Shown here in pieces: positions 1 to 13,400 of a stretch of DNA of 64,000 bases. Origin of the DNA: Peribolospora baueri (lineage: Eukaryota); NCBI GenBank assembly GCA_029717555.1, contig JAMDHS010000011.1, positions 124,001 to 188,000 on the forward strand. Reading direction: 5' to 3'. A model generated the notes under the pieces. It was not told the origin of the DNA and made no database searches. It saw nothing but the letters and a program-made list of their open reading frames with translations. Position 1 is the first letter of the stretch. Each line of letters opens with the position of its first letter. The position numbers and the translations under genes were made by a program.

Positions 1-412
1 GGCGACTTTGGTGTGTCCAGCGATATACCTCGTTTATTCCTTCTGTCGTCGTTAGCGTCGTTCATCGTCTCCGTGCCCGTGTTCACAACACAATATGATC
101 GGGGGCAATCCCAGCTCGTGAGATCCGATTCGAGAATAGGCGTGTCCTATTGTTGTGAATGCAAGTTGTGGCGTGCGGGAATGATGCAAGAAGTGGTACT
201 TTGTCATGGGGAAGGAAGGGGTTGAAAGGGGCTAGACGTGTGGAGACAGCGTCAAATCATCCAATCGCCAAATCGATCATTGGCTTGCCGGAAAGCTAGT
301 TTTAAGGAAGGAAGGATGGCTAGAGGTAAGCGAGAGTGAAGATGCGCGCGGAGGGCGCAAGCACGAGGAGAACGGGAGAAGAGGGCGCCTTGCGCGAGTG
401 GCCCAACGGCAT

Positions 413-1120
413 CTACCTCGACGACGCTATCAGGAGTGAGAGCGCTGTCGGTCTCGAGGAACCGCTTGTTGTCCAAAACGAACGAGCTGGTGCTGCTCGG
501 CGAACTTGGACCAGCCTCACTTTGTCCAGCACCACGAGACGTGCCACCGCCCATATCTCCTTGGCAGGGTAGACCATCACCGGGTCCTGCGAGGATTTCG
601 TCCAGCTCGAGAATGTGAGAGTCGCGAGCCAGAAGGCCCAGTGCCTAAAGTCGGAGTAGCTGGTGTCATTATTAACAGAGAAGAGGGTAGAGAGGCGCAG
701 TGGCCCTGCTCGAGGAGCGCCGCGATGGTTTGGTAGGAAGCCATCCACGGCACTGAACCGTGGGACAGGGGAAAGGGTGAGGATCATGAGGCGTCTCTGC
801 TCAGGGAGAAAGGAGTGAAGCCAGGTGACATGCTCGTCCGTGGACAGGAAGATGTGTTCGAGATAAGACATGCACCCAAGGGCCGGACGATGAAGACGGA
901 AGGAAGAGGGATGAGAGGCGGAAAGACCGTAGGAAGGAAGAAAGTCGTCAGCGGGTATCCAAATTAACTCGACGCCGACGACGTCAGTCAGGGGAGCACG
1001 ACGAAAAAAACATGGCCGGCGAATTCCACACCTCCAACAGCGCCTGGAAGCCAAACAAACTCGAGCACCTGCACGAACGGTTCGGATCATGTAATGGGCC
1101 ATGTCGTCGCTCACGGCCAC
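413..1120 (-). CDS. Possible hypothetical protein (partial, uncertain model)
   Basis: 235-aa ORF with protein-like composition (MSYLEHIFLSTDEHVTWLHSFLPEQRRL...) that ends at a possible donor (AG|GTAGAT). No recognisable motif; may continue towards the window start. Confidence 0.25.
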   Translation of the reverse strand: MAVSDDMAHYMIRTVRAGARVCLASRRCWRCGIRRPCFFRRAPLTDVVGVELIWIPADDFLPSYGLSASHPSSFRLHRPALGCMSYLEHIFLSTDEHVTWLHSFLPEQRRLMILTLSPVPRFSAVDGFLPNHRGAPRAGPLRLSTLFSVNNDTSYSDFRHWAFWLATLTFSSWTKSSQDPVMVYPAKEIWAVARLVVLDKVRLVQVRRAAPARSFWTTSGSSRPTALSLLIASSR

Positions 1121-1381
1121 GTCTCAGCGACTTGGGATGATCGACCGATCGCTCGCAGCGGATCGACTGCGGCCACCGTCAAGAGCGACGTTCATATCCT
1201 CAAAAAAGCTTCTCCAGTCGACTGTAGTCACCCACAAACCGGTCCGCCCGCTGAAGGATTGCCCACTGTCTCTAAAACCGTCTCGACTGAATCACGCTTG
1301 CACTAAGAAGAGCTCTTATGGAATGAGCTTTTGCAAGCAGGACAATCGACGCTCTGGAGTGCTCCACCAACAGCGGCGAAG

Positions 1382-3024
1382 ATGACGGCGAAGCCGAGGA
1401 CGACCGCGGCTATCACGCATCTCTACCGTCACCTCCTCCGCGAGGCCAGCTACTTTCCAGACCCTTTCGTCGCCTCTTACATCCGCTCCAAGGCCCGCCG
1501 TCTCTTCCGCTCCTTCCCTCGCCCTCCCGAGCCCGTGTCGTCTAAACCGCCGAGGAGGATCGACCCGGAGGACGTGCTGGAAGATGCGAGAAGAAGGGCC
1601 GAGTGGGAAGAGCGCATGGACGTCAAGCTTTCAAGGGCGTCGACGATGCTGAGGAAACTTCGTGCGGCCAATCGAGGCGAGCAGCTCGCGGTGAAGAGGG
1701 AGCTCGAGGAGGCGTACGCAAGGCGGGGAAGGAGGAGGTGGGAAATTCTCGCTGTCAGTGTTTTGCAAGCTCGTCACCGTCCGCATCTAGGACACGGACG
1801 GCCACCTTAGAGAATGTGGGCTTGAACTCGTATTTCGACCATCTGTCGCTAACGCTCCCTTCCTCCGCCTTCCACATGACGCAGCCAATCCTAGCTCCCA
1901 TGGGCTCGCCCGCTCCTCTTGATCCGACCAACCCGCGCACGCGGCCGCCGTCGCTCTCCCCTCTCTTCTCGTCCCTCGTCACCTCTTCCGCCTCGCACAA
2001 TTCCCGCCCAGCCGCGCGCTCCTCCCTTCAAATGCCTCCCAACCTGCCCGCAAGGGCTGACCCCCGATCAGAGGAGGCCCTGATCTTGGGCCCGCTGGAC
2101 AGGAGACGGGAGGCGAACTTGAGGTGGTGGTGGTTTTCCGCTGAGGCGGGCAAAATCCGCGTCCCGCTTGAGATTGGAGTCAGCGGGTCAGATAACGTGG
2201 AGGAGGGTGAGAAGGGGGATCAGCGCGGTGCAGGGGAGGATAAGGCTGCTGGCGACAGAAGGGAAGAGGGCGAACCCGGTTTGTCTCCTTCCCGACCTGG
2301 ACCTCACCGGACAGGCTGGGAGGGAGCGCGTCTCCTGGACGAGCTGGAGAGAAAGGCGGGCAAGGGAATGGCTCCGCCTCGACGTCCTTGGCGGATCGCG
2401 ATGCAGTGGACGCCGAAAGGGGAGGGAAATATGGACAGGGCGACAACGGAGGCGACAACGGAAGGAGGGAGGGAGAGAGGAGCAGAAACGTTCTGGGACG
2501 GTCTGGTGCGACGACAAGCGTATAGACGCACGCCCGTTCCCCTTCGCCCCATCCAGGACTCGGACCCAGGGCCCTCTTCCTCCTCCTCCTCCGCTTCTTT
2601 CACCCACGTAGACGACTCCAGCTCTCCTCCCGCACTGACAAACGACAAGATCCGTCGGCTATCCGCCCGGTGGTGGAGACGAACGTACGCAAAGCTCCTG
2701 GCCACCGTTCCTGTCGTGGTGTGGGAGGAAGGAGGAGCGCAGCCTGTGGCGCGAGGAACAGGCAACAAGCGCTCTTCGGCTCACAGCAACCCTCCGGCCG
2801 GGCGCGCCACTCCTCCTTCCACCCCCTCCGCAACCTCCGAGATGACAACCACCACCACCCCTGACAGGCCCGTCCCTAAGGGGCGATACAAAATTTCGCT
2901 AAGCGCATTCTCACACACTCGCAAAAACATCCGCCCCGCCCATCCTCGAGTTCAGAGCGCTTGGGGCTTGAGTGCGGAAGACGAGGAGTGGATCCTCCGG
3001 AAGCGGAAGGGGGAGGGAGGGTGA
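1382..3024 (+). CDS. LYR-motif (Complex1_LYR-like) protein with long low-complexity C-terminus
   Basis: N-terminus HLYRHLLREASYFPDP...YIRSKARRLFR matches the LYR motif. One phase-0 intron 1754-1884 (GTCAGT...GCTAAC...CAG) joins it in frame to the 1603..3024 ORF. Confidence 0.75.
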
Positions 3025-3783
3025 TGATAAATCGAAATTGGCCGTGCGAGGAGGAGGAGAAGAAAAGTAGAGGAGCCAAGGCCGGTTTCTTTCTTCATCA
3101 TCGTCGGCGTCGGCGCAAGCGACGCACCTCTCACCTCCGCATCGTGTCCACGGGGTTGACACGTCTCTACGTGCGGATGCATGGCCGGGATGCTGGGGGA
3201 GCGTAAGAGACGCAGCGACGGCGATGACGTCGGGTTGATCCGAGATTCATATTGGACGGCAGGGGGCCGGGGGCCACAGCCTTCCCCAAGACGCGACGAG
3301 GCGGTGGGAAGGAGGAAAAGGTGGGCTGGGATTGCCCCTCGACATATACATATCTGTCTGACCGAGACCGAACGGCGACGTCGAATTTGGGTAGTAGTTT
3401 ACTCTACAAAGCTTGCTGGTGAGGATGGGACGGGAAGAGACGCAGACGAGCGACGAGCGACGGGCGATGAGTGAGAAGCGGACCTGCCTATGCACTTAGG
3501 TATGAGGGGAGATAGATACGTGAGGTAGGCGATGGGCAGGAGATGAAAGAAGACAAGGAGGCCAGGCCAGGCCAAGCTGGTGTAGCCAGGCGCATCGGCA
3601 GAGACAGCGTCCGTGATAAGATGAAAGAAAAAACACGAGGCGAATGAAACAAAGAGTCCATAAGAAAGAAGGTCCGTAAATGGAGAGAGAGAGGAAAATA
3701 TGGAACAAAATGGAATGGACCGGGAAGGGACGAACATGAAATCGTGCCCGCGGAGGGAGGAAGAAAGGAGGAGATTCGCCGCA

Positions 3784-6536
3784 TCACACGCCCGCGACTG
3801 TTGCCAGCGCGACCGTAAGAGCAACGGACACGGCGACCGCTACCACCGGCGAGCGAACGGGACGGGGACGAGGGGCCGCGGCGGAATGATGCGCGCCCGC
3901 ACCCTCCCACTGGGTCGGGAAGGCGGAGGCGATAACGGTGGCGTCGAGGACCGGAAGGGCCGTCACGCCGGTCACCTTGGTGCCGATCAGAGCGCCCGTC
4001 GCAACTTGGGATGCGCTGCCTCCAGAGGGGGCTGCCGCCGTCGGAGTGGCCGCGACGAGGGAGGAAGAAGGTAAGACGCCCAAGGCCGTCGTTGCCAAAG
4101 CGCCAGGAGCGGGGAACGAGGTGGCGTTGGCAAAAACGAAGGACGCGGTGGAGAAGGTGGGGGTGGGGAGGAGCAGGCCGGGGAGGTTCGTGTTCAGCGT
4201 CGTGAGAGTGCTGAGCAGGGACGTTTCGGAGGCCGCCGGTCGCAAGTTGAAAAGAAGCGCGGCCGTGGCGTTGACCGTCGATGGGCTGGTGGCGGCAGCG
4301 GTGCCGGAAGGAGACGGGGGGACGAGCTCTGACAGGTTGGCGGGCGCGTTGACGGGGAACAGCCCCACCTTGGGGCTCTCCAAGCCTTCAATCCCAAAAC
4401 TGTAGATGGAATATACGGAGCGCAGGAAGGGGGTGCCAAGGAGGTACCCAACGCCGTCGTTGCTGGCGGGTTGCGCCATGGGCCAAGCGAGGCACATATT
4501 CGAGCCACCAGCTGCGACGCCGATGAGGTAGTCCTCCGGCCGGAGGATGAAAGGCCTGCCGGCATCGACGGCGGAAGAGCCGAACCGCAAGTACATGTTC
4601 ATCTGCGTGTTGCATGGCATGGCCCACGTCGCCAGGTTCGGGGAGGAGTAGACCAATCGGGCGTCGGGAACGGTCTCGAAGAGCGCTGCGACCTGATGGG
4701 TTCGAAAGGAGACGTCGGAGAAGAAAGCCGTCAAACACCGATCGACGAACGAAGGTCAGGATGGACTCACGTCCGCGAGCGGCCCATAAATTCCTTCCGT
4801 CCCCGAGTCCAGCACGGCAGACTTGGTCAATGTGGCCAACGTCTCCTCCGGCCCGCCCGAGGAGGAGGAGGCATTTGAGCGTTGTCCGAGGCCGACGCCG
4901 GTGCTAGTGCCGTTCACGCCCATATCAGCGACTTGAATCGCCCATTCGGTGTAAATCCCTCCGGTGTGAAGTTCTCCGGCGGCGAAAGGGAAGGGGACGA
5001 CGTCGTGCCACTCTACGAGAGCACGATCGGCAGAGGTGGGGACGAGGTGAGGGTCGAGGGCTCCGAGGGTGAGAGACGAGTTGGAGGGTTGGTCGCGTGG
5101 GAGAGAGAGGGAGAAGAGCGGGTAGGCGAGCTGACCGGATGAGGCGAGAGAGACGAGGAGGGGAGGGGTGGAGGCGTTGGCGGGCGTATAGGGACCGGTC
5201 GCGTTCGACGCGAGAGAGCGGGAGACCTGGCTCAGCCGCTCGAAGCCGAGGCCGAGGACACCAGTGATGGACTGCGACGTGAGACTGACATTCGTCGTGT
5301 TGACGAGGCCTGATGGCGGGTCGAAAAGGTGGACGGGAACGGATAGGCAAAGAAAGAGCGGTGAGCAAGCCGAGGCCAAGGCGGCTTGTCGCGCTGCGAA
5401 GCTCACCGAACACTTGACCGGGCACGCTCAGTCCACCGAGGGTGACGTCGTCGCTGCCCACGACGCCGCTAGCAACCGTGCCATCGCCGAACGACGTCTG
5501 AAAGGGTACTGTGCTGGCCACGGTGGCGGCCGTGGAAGCAGCCGGAGCGGCTAAGAGGGAGGAAGAAACGGCCGCGGAAGAGGCATTTACGGCACCGTGC
5601 AGAAGTGGAGCGTACGACGAGCTCTTTCCTAGGTCATATATGGGCAAGGGCTGTCCGTCTGCGATTTTCCCTGTGCACTCCTGGTCAGTGCACTGGGAGG
5701 AGACGATCCACAGATCGGAGGAGCCTGTGTCGAGCTGGACAGGCAGCGCTTGTGGCGCTTCCGATGAGCCTACTGTGAGGGAGACACGGTAGGCGCTATA
5801 GATGAAGCGGGGTGTAGATACGGACGGCGGAGCGGAGGGAAAGGATGGCGGGATAGATAGAGAAGGTGAGTGTCAACACATCGCATAAGCATGGACACGG
5901 CCGTGTCGACCAGCGGCGTAGCACGATCCAAGGCAAGCGAGACGGGGGGAAGGAGGACAGGAGACGGAAAAGAGACACTCACGACCCGCCCAGCGCCAGG
6001 CTGAGCTTCTCCTTTCCGAGCTCCACGCCTTGATTGGCCATCGCGGTCGTCCTCTTGCCCTTTGCCGTAGTTCCCTCGCCCTGATCCCAAACGAGCTGAG
6101 CCGGCCGCTTTGGACCGTCGAGTTCTCTGACCGCCCAGCCGGCGTCCGAACGCTCATCGAGATCGTCGCTGGATCGCCTCTTCTCGAGCGCTCGAGGGCT
6201 GAGGGCGACCGCTCCGTCTCGGCCCTCGCGGTCGCGGACGAGGACGCGAGCGGGAACGCCTCCGGCCTGGAGACGGGCTCGAGCTCGGAAGGGCGCCTCT
6301 TGGAGGGAAACACGAACCACGGGGGCCGTCTCGGCCTGCGTGGGGGCTTTTGAGAGTGACTGTTGCTGGACGGCGTTTGCGTCGGACGAGCGGGAGAGGT
6401 AGCTGGGTGGCGAAGCGAGGCCGGCGGCGACGGCCTGGAGGAGGGCGACGGGGGAGAGGAGGAGGGCGAGAAGGAGGAGATGGGAGGGAGATGGGGCGTT
6501 GGCCGTGACCATGACGGCGGAGTGACGCGCTGACAT
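3784..6536 (-). CDS. Secreted pepsin-family (A1) aspartic protease, probably GPI-anchored
   Basis: Hydrophobic signal-like N-terminus. Catalytic motifs QLDTGSSDLWI (~5700-5740) and VLDSGT, plus GVLGLG and LLGTPFLRSVYSIY. Ser/Thr-rich tail with hydrophobic C-terminus. Introns at ~5797-5981, ~5312-5407 and ~4693-4770. Confidence 0.88.
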
Positions 6537-7452
6537 GACATAGACAGGTTCGGCGGTGGTGGTGGTGACGGCACAGAGACGAGGAAAAGGGGGTCGAAGG
6601 AGGAGGAGAGGGAGAAGGTCAATGAACTGTGGGTGGCTTGCTAGGTTGATGTAAGTACTTACACGTAGTTCGATGTCGTCCTTAGTGCGCTGGAGAGGTA
6701 CGCGGCGGTGCCTGAGCGAGGAGTAGAAGCGCAGACGACGGACGCAGTTGGCGAGCGAGGGAGTGCTGGGAGGAGGAAGACGGAGACGGAGATGTGGACA
6801 GTTGGGAGGGAGAGATTGGGGGAGATGGGGGCGAGTGGGCGACGAGAGGCGAGAGGGCGGCTTGGCGGTGCGGGGAGAGAGAAAGTGGGAGGAAGCGGAG
6901 AGAGAGTGCGTGGGACGAAGAGAAGGAGAAGGAGAATGAGAATAAGAAGGAGAAGGAGTATGTGATGGAGAGAGAGTGTGTGTGGAGAGTGAGTGAAAAG
7001 AAAGTGATGAGGGGAGAGGATGCGAAAGGCGGGGCGATGAGCGGGTCCTGTCCTTGTCCTGTCCTGAGACACGCCAACACAGCCATCATGAAAATAAAAA
7101 ATTGAAATGAAGGCCACTGACGTGACGTCCGTCGTCGCCTGGTCGGGCGAGCATCGCTCAGCCGTCCTCCTCCCCGCCTAGCAAATGAAGCCCCGCCGAT
7201 GCATCCGTATCCCGAATGACGGGCACCCCAGGCGATCCGCTGTGCTCTCCGTCGTCCCCCACCGAGGTCGCACAAGCAAACAAACTTCCGGCGTGGAGAT
7301 ACCACCATCGTCGAAACAAGCAATCGAGCGAGCGGAAAGTAGAGCAGAGTAGAGGCCACGCGCGACGGTGTACGCATTCCCCCCGTCAATCGAAGTACAG
7401 ACAGACAAGACAGACAGTCGGTCAGCCCCAGCCAGTAAGCCCTCATTCGCCC

Positions 7453-8820
7453 TCATCCATCCCTCGCAGCCCCGCCCCCGTCCTCTTGCCCTTGTCGGCG
7501 CTTGTTCGCCCTCTTCCGTTTCCTCCGCCTCCCGCCTTCCCGCACATCCGGCGTTACACCGTCGTCGCCCCCGCGCTCGCCCTCCTCGGTTCCCGCTCTC
7601 ATCGGTGTTCCCCCACCCTGCCTCGCCTCTCCTGCCTCTCCTTGCTCGCTTTCTCGCTTGCGCTTCTTGGGCGTCGCCTTGTCGCCTACGTCTTTACCTC
7701 CTCCACCTTGGCCTTCGCTCCGACCATCCTCCTTCTCCTTGCCTTTCGACGACGAGGGCGTCTTGGGCTTCTTCTTCTTGACGCTCAACGGGTTAGGACC
7801 TTTCGGGCCCTTGCGCTGCTTGCGCTCTGGCGGCACCTTCCCCGCACTCTGTCCCGCCCCAGCTCCTTCTCCGTCCCGGACAGACTCGTCGCGCGAGCCG
7901 TCTATGACGTTACTCGCCGTCTTGCCTCCTCCTCCGGCGGCAGAGGGACCCAAAAGCTCCTTCTCCACAACGGGAAGGCGCAGCTTTTGCTCCTCCTTCT
8001 CGCGCTGAGCTCGTAGAGTGAGCTTGGAGGGAGGCTCGAGGATCGTGACGGACCGGTTGATGTGGATCATCGGGAGGCCCGGCACGGACAAGCGCAGCGT
8101 GTCGCGGAGAGTGCGAGAGGACGAGGCGAGAATGTAGCGGTGTTGGTTTGTGGGTCCTGTGAAGCGCCATCAGGGACGACGATGGAAACCAGTCCGTTTC
8201 CCAACTCGTATCTCAGCCGGAACAGCAAGCAACCTGGCGACAGAAAAAAAAGGGAACATGCGCATACTCACCGACGACCTGGGTAATACAGTCTTGCGGA
8301 GCGATAGCCTCGCGGTGGTTGCACTTTCGTCGCTCGAACGTCTTCGCCAAGTCCACTGCCGGTTGCGCCGGCTTGCCTAGTTTGTAGAGCGCCTCCATGG
8401 AACATTGTGTTATCACTGATTTTCGTTCGTGCACGTCGACGGATAAGGCGAGAGAGAGAAAGCGAGGGTGAGCCGTGCGTCGTCGGGAGGCGGGTACGGA
8501 GCCTCCTTCATCTTCTTCTTCCTCGCAGGCTACCGCACACTCACTCGGTTTGACTTGGCCCTGGACAACGTCCGGCAACCGCTTCTCCGCCTCGATCTTG
8601 TAGCGTACCACATCCTGACAGAACTCTTCGTCCACTGTTGGCAGGCCGGGGTGAGAGGACGACGGACGGACGAGTTAGTTCGGTCGCGCCTCGTTCGTGA
8701 CGATTGTCACTGACGTCTCGGCGACGACGCACCTAATACCTGGTAAGGCTGCCGGAAGCCAAAGCTAACCTGGTACTGGTGCATGAGCTTCCGGTACGTC
8801 TTTGCCCTTTTCTGTCGCAT
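7453..8820 (-). CDS. UTP23: rRNA-processing protein Utp23 (Fcf1/PIN-like family)
   Basis: MRQKRAKTYRKLM...FGFRQPYQVL, ITQCSMEALY, AKTFERRKCNH, VPGLPMIHINRSVTILEPPS and KGPKGPNPLSVKKKK across several spliced exons. Confidence 0.92.
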
Positions 8821-9101
8821 GTTGGGCGGCGGGAGCGATGGGGCGGAGAGTAGAAGAGGAAGAGAGACCGTCGAGCGAGAGAGGAAGGGCTCGAGGGAGA
8901 AGATTTCCCGAACGAACCGCGTTGAAAAGCTGCGGCGGGACGATGACGATGATCGAGGCGATCTGTGGACTGACTGACTGACTGACTGACCGACTGGCTG
9001 ACGTTGAAGACTCCGGTCCTCGTTCCTTCTCCTCCATCTTGCCTTCTTCTTTCTAAGACCATCCACACCGCCGTTACCCGACTGCAACGCCATCCCAGAC
9101 C
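8821..9101. promoter_or_regulatory. Short divergent (bidirectional) promoter region between UTP23 and SDO1, containing a (TGAC)n repeat
   Basis: Only 281 bp separate the two divergent ATGs (8820 on -, 9102 on +); (CTGA)n tract at ~8969-9002. Confidence 0.6.
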
Positions 9102-10447
9102 ATGCCAGTCTTCCAACCGAGCGGCAAGATATCGTGCGTTCTTCCCTCGTGCCGCCGCCGATCGCTCGTCCTCGCGCGTCAGGTCGTTCATCCTCAACTC
9201 TTTTCTTGCCTTCATATTCACACCCACAGCCTGACGAACGTCTCGATCGTCCGATTGAGGAAACAAGGCAAGCGCTTCGAGGTGGGTGTTTGCAAATGTA
9301 CCGTGCGCCCGGCCCCGGACCAGGCCTCCTCTCACACGGAAAGGGTCTCTATTTCTCACCCGCTCACAGGTCGCTTGCTACAAGAACAAGGTCCGAGAAT
9401 GGCGGACAGGCGTGTGAGTTGCCGCGTCGAACTGAGGACGTCCGCAAGCGCTCACCCCGCGAGCCATCTTTCCCTTTTGTCCCGTTTCTAGCGAGACGGA
9501 CATGGATGAGGTGGTCCAGATCCAAAACGTGTTCATCAACGTTTCCAAAGGTCAAGCGGCGCCCAAGGAGGACCTTGAGAAGGCGTTCGGCACGACAGAT
9601 ACGGATGTCATCATCAAGGAGGTGACCCATTCCCCTTTTCGTTTCTGTTCATCAAGCGGAACTGGTCTTTTTGTTGACCTTTTACTTTTCGTCGCTTTCA
9701 ACGCTTCCAGATCCTGAAAAAGGGCGAGCTTCAAGTGGGCGAGAAGGAGCGCTCTCACGAGCTCAACAACGTCTGGAAGGATATCGCGACGCAAGTGGCC
9801 GAAAAGTGCGTGGACCCCAAGACCAACCGGCCCTACACTGTCACGATGATCGAGAAGGCCATGCAGGAGGTGCACTTCAGCGTGAAGCCGAATCGGAGCG
9901 CCAAGAGCCAGGTGAGGGAGCGGGGAAGGCTCGCAAGCGAAGCGCGCGCCGCTCGTCCGGCGGCCCTGCTCACGCGCACGCGCACGCTCACGCTCACGTC
10001 CCGAATCCATGCGAACCGGTGCCCGGCTGTGCACAGGCTCTGGACTGCATCAAACTCTTGCAAGAGAAAAACACGATTCCCATCGCCCGAGCGCGGATGC
10101 GCGTACGGGTCACCCTATCCGCCAAGGAAGGGAAGCGACTAAAGGACAAGCTGGTGGAGAAGGCGGAGAAGGTGGAAGATGAGGATTGGGGAGACGAATA
10201 TGAGCTGGTGAGTGAGAGTGGAAGGGAAGAGAGCTGGTCGAGTGACGAAGACTTGCGCGTGACGAAGACTTGCGCTCACGGGGCGAATGGGGATGGCCCA
10301 TCTCTCGCCTCTCTGGCTCAGATCGCCCTCATAGACCCAGGCCAGTTCCGACAGATCAACGAGCTCCTCGAAGCCGAGACCAAGGGTCGCGGCAAAGTAG
10401 AGACGCTCAGCTTCGCCGCCGTGGAAGGCGAGGAGAGGTTGGAGTGA
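9102..10447 (+). CDS. SDO1: Ribosome maturation factor Sdo1/SBDS
   Basis: Spliced reading [40 protein letters not shown]...VFINVSKGQ...ILKKGELQVGEKER...SAKSQALDCIK...IARARMRVRV...LIDPGQFR; canonical GT-AG introns. Confidence 0.95.
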
Positions 10448-13400
10448 GGAGTGAGGAGGGAGGTTGGGGGATGTATCTGTACGAGGCGTGACCTTCGGAC
10501 GGTCGGATGGGGCCCTAGGTACATTGCAAGTTAGATGGAGACGTTTGAAGGCGCGCACGCGTGCGACACAAGGACAGGGAATGGGGAAAGAGGCGTGAAA
10601 CTTGAGTTTTACCTCTTTCCAATCCCCTCCGAACCTCCCTTGGGCGTTCACCGCGGCCCGATCCAAGGGTTTAAACTGGCTTGTACGAGGCCGGCTTGGG
10701 CGTACACATAGAAGAACATAGGGTCGCTCGCGGAAAGACTGCGCATAGCAGCCGGATGCCGAAGAGCCAAGAGTAGAAAAGGAAAACACATTTGCTCATC
10801 TACCTTGCCTCCCCTTCACATTTTCGACCGCCTTCTCATGCGTCTTTAGACGTCCACCTCGATCCATGAAACCGCAACTTTACCGCGCTGCTCTCTACCT
10901 ACCCTCGCCATTTTCTCTCCCATGACTTGCATCGACACCGTCTGATCTTTCAAATGGCTGGTCTTTTGCACAAGAGACCGCACCGCCTTAGAGACAAGGG
11001 ATGGGAAAAGAAAAGCAGCTAATCGAACATCTGAGGGTGGCCTCGATGCTTCGATCTATTCCTTATAAAGCGACGGGCAAGAGCTTTGTTTCACGTCCCC
11101 TTCTTCACGTTGCCATTTGAACTGGGGTCAGTTCGGCATTCTCTCGCTCCCTTGAGTCCTCGTCAAGGCCCCTCTCTGCTTCATGCCGCTGACCGAGCCT
11201 TCTTTTCTTTTGCACGGTACACGCTGAATGGACACCAGCCGACCGTCTCCTTGGCGACATGGCGGGTGAGTGGCTTGATGTGCTCACCAAGGACGGCACC
11301 GCCAGCGTCCAGTCCAGCGGGGAGACGCTCGGCGAAGCCGCACCGTCGTCGATCGTGAGCAAGATGAAACCGAACACAACGGAGTTCTGCCTTTTTCGCG
11401 CAGGTGGTGCACACAGATGGATAAAGCCAACGCGAGGCAAAAAAAAAAAAAAAAATTCATTCTCGAACCGTCCGTCGTTGGCGGCTGGAAATAAGACGAC
11501 AAAGGCCGGTGAGACGGCCGCTTGCGCCAAAGCCATACCTGATACCAAGGGCGAGGAGGAGGAAGAGGAGGAATTCTCGCTGGCTCTGGCTCTCGCCGTT
11601 GAGGTGGTTAGTACACGGTGGGTGCGCAGATGCCGCGCAGGCTAGCCACCTGCGTCGATGTATCCGACGGGGGTACAACCAATGACGAGAGGAAGGGAAC
11701 CAACAGGACCGCCGCCGTTTCCGCGGTCTTCTTGAGGGAGCCGACTAGATCGACATGGCCGACACGGTGCTCCTAGACCACGAACGAAGGGGATCGTTCG
11801 CCGCTGTGAAAACTTGGTCAGAACGACTCGAGGCGGGTGATGGTGGCGAAAGGTCGGACAAACAAAGAAAGTGTCAGCGCGCGGTCGCCCTCGGTGGATG
11901 ATTCGAGGGGTGCGAGAAAGAGACAGGGCAGAGACGAGCGCGTCCCGACCTGAATCGGCACGGACATGGGCGCGCATGTTCTCGATCCCGTCGTCCTTCC
12001 TGAGCGTCAGGGTACAGAGCGTCTCGCTGCCAAACAAGCCACGCTCCGGGAGGGAGGGGAAGGGCGTCTTGGACGGCGGGCACAAGATGGAGGGAGGGTG
12101 TGAGGGCCGCGAATTCTAGGTAGGGGGCGAAATGGAAGGACCGGGAATCGGAATCTGGCACGGTCCGGACCGCTCATGGCGAACGAGGAGGGAGAGGCGG
12201 AAGGCTGGACGTGCGCGCGGCGTTCAAGGCATGCATGCCAAACTGGGTCGGGGGGTTGGAGGTACGATTTAGAGAGCACGTCCCACGTTACGAGACTCTT
12301 GGCGTCGTTCTTGCCCTCGTCGCGCCGCCGCGGTGCGCGCCGGCTAGTTCGTTAGAGTGAGAGAGCGGGCCCACGCTCGTTCTTCGAACCGGTCTGGTCT
12401 GGTCTGGTCTCCACGGGCGTGCTGACGACGACGACGACGAGCACGAGCGTCGAGGGACGCACGGGTAGGCCCGAGCCCCTATCCGGCGACCGTTCTTGAG
12501 CGCCGGCTCGGGCAATTTCGCCCAACGGAGTGCACCGGCCAGCCGGCCGGCGGGGCAGGAAGGAAGAAAGGAAGAAAGACGGAGTGCGATCGATCCGATG
12601 TCGTGCTGGTCTCGCGAAACCGAATGCGGTTGGGTGATGGGGACCGTGCGGCCGGTGGCCCTATCTATCGTGCATCACCACGCGTACATGGGGAGGGAGC
12701 CAAGAACGAAAGAGCTTGGGAAAGCGTTTTCCAAGATCGGCCCGTCCCGTCCGTCCGTGCCTCCCTTCCGCGAGCGAGGGAGCGAGCGACGTCTTTCTTT
12801 CCTCGCCAGCGTTCCTGGGTGCCGTCGAGCTTGCGTTGGAGCAAAAGAAAAAGAAGAAGAAAAATATGTGCTTATGCGCTTTGGGGAACGAAGGAACGCA
12901 CACACCCGACGGCGGTCCCATTGGCTCGATTGGGCCGCAACGGCATTCGTGTGAGGCCATCCGCTGCACGATAAATAAAGTCATGTCTTAATTTCCATCG
13001 CGTCGCGTCGGGTGCAGAGAACGAGGTCGGCCATTCTCCAGGAAAGAGAGAGAGAGAGAAGAAAAAGACGGGGATACGTTTCCCTTTCGCCTTTCCGTGA
13101 GTAGACTTTTCACACATATACGCTCGCTCGCCCGCTCGATTCACGCACGCGCTCGGACTCGAGAGCTCTCGTCTCGCCGTGGTGGAGTCGGTTCGGGAGG
13201 AAAGAATGCCAGGGAGCACCTCAAGGATGCGCCAAAGCAGACGTGGAGCGCGGGAGCTGAGAATGCCGCGACCGGGGACCGGGGGGGGCGACGAGGGAGG
13301 GAGGACGATCGATCGATAGCGAGTGCCTGAGCAGTGGACGAACGGAGGAGCTAGAAAAAAAAAGAAGAAAAAAAAAAAGTTGCTGGCCGGTGTTTGGAGC

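Noticed and set aside
11259..11645. 128-aa ORF with intron-like GTGAGT...CAG (11266-11403)
   Set aside because: The product is built from poly-A and GAG repeats with no recognisable homology; a single splice pair is insufficient evidence.
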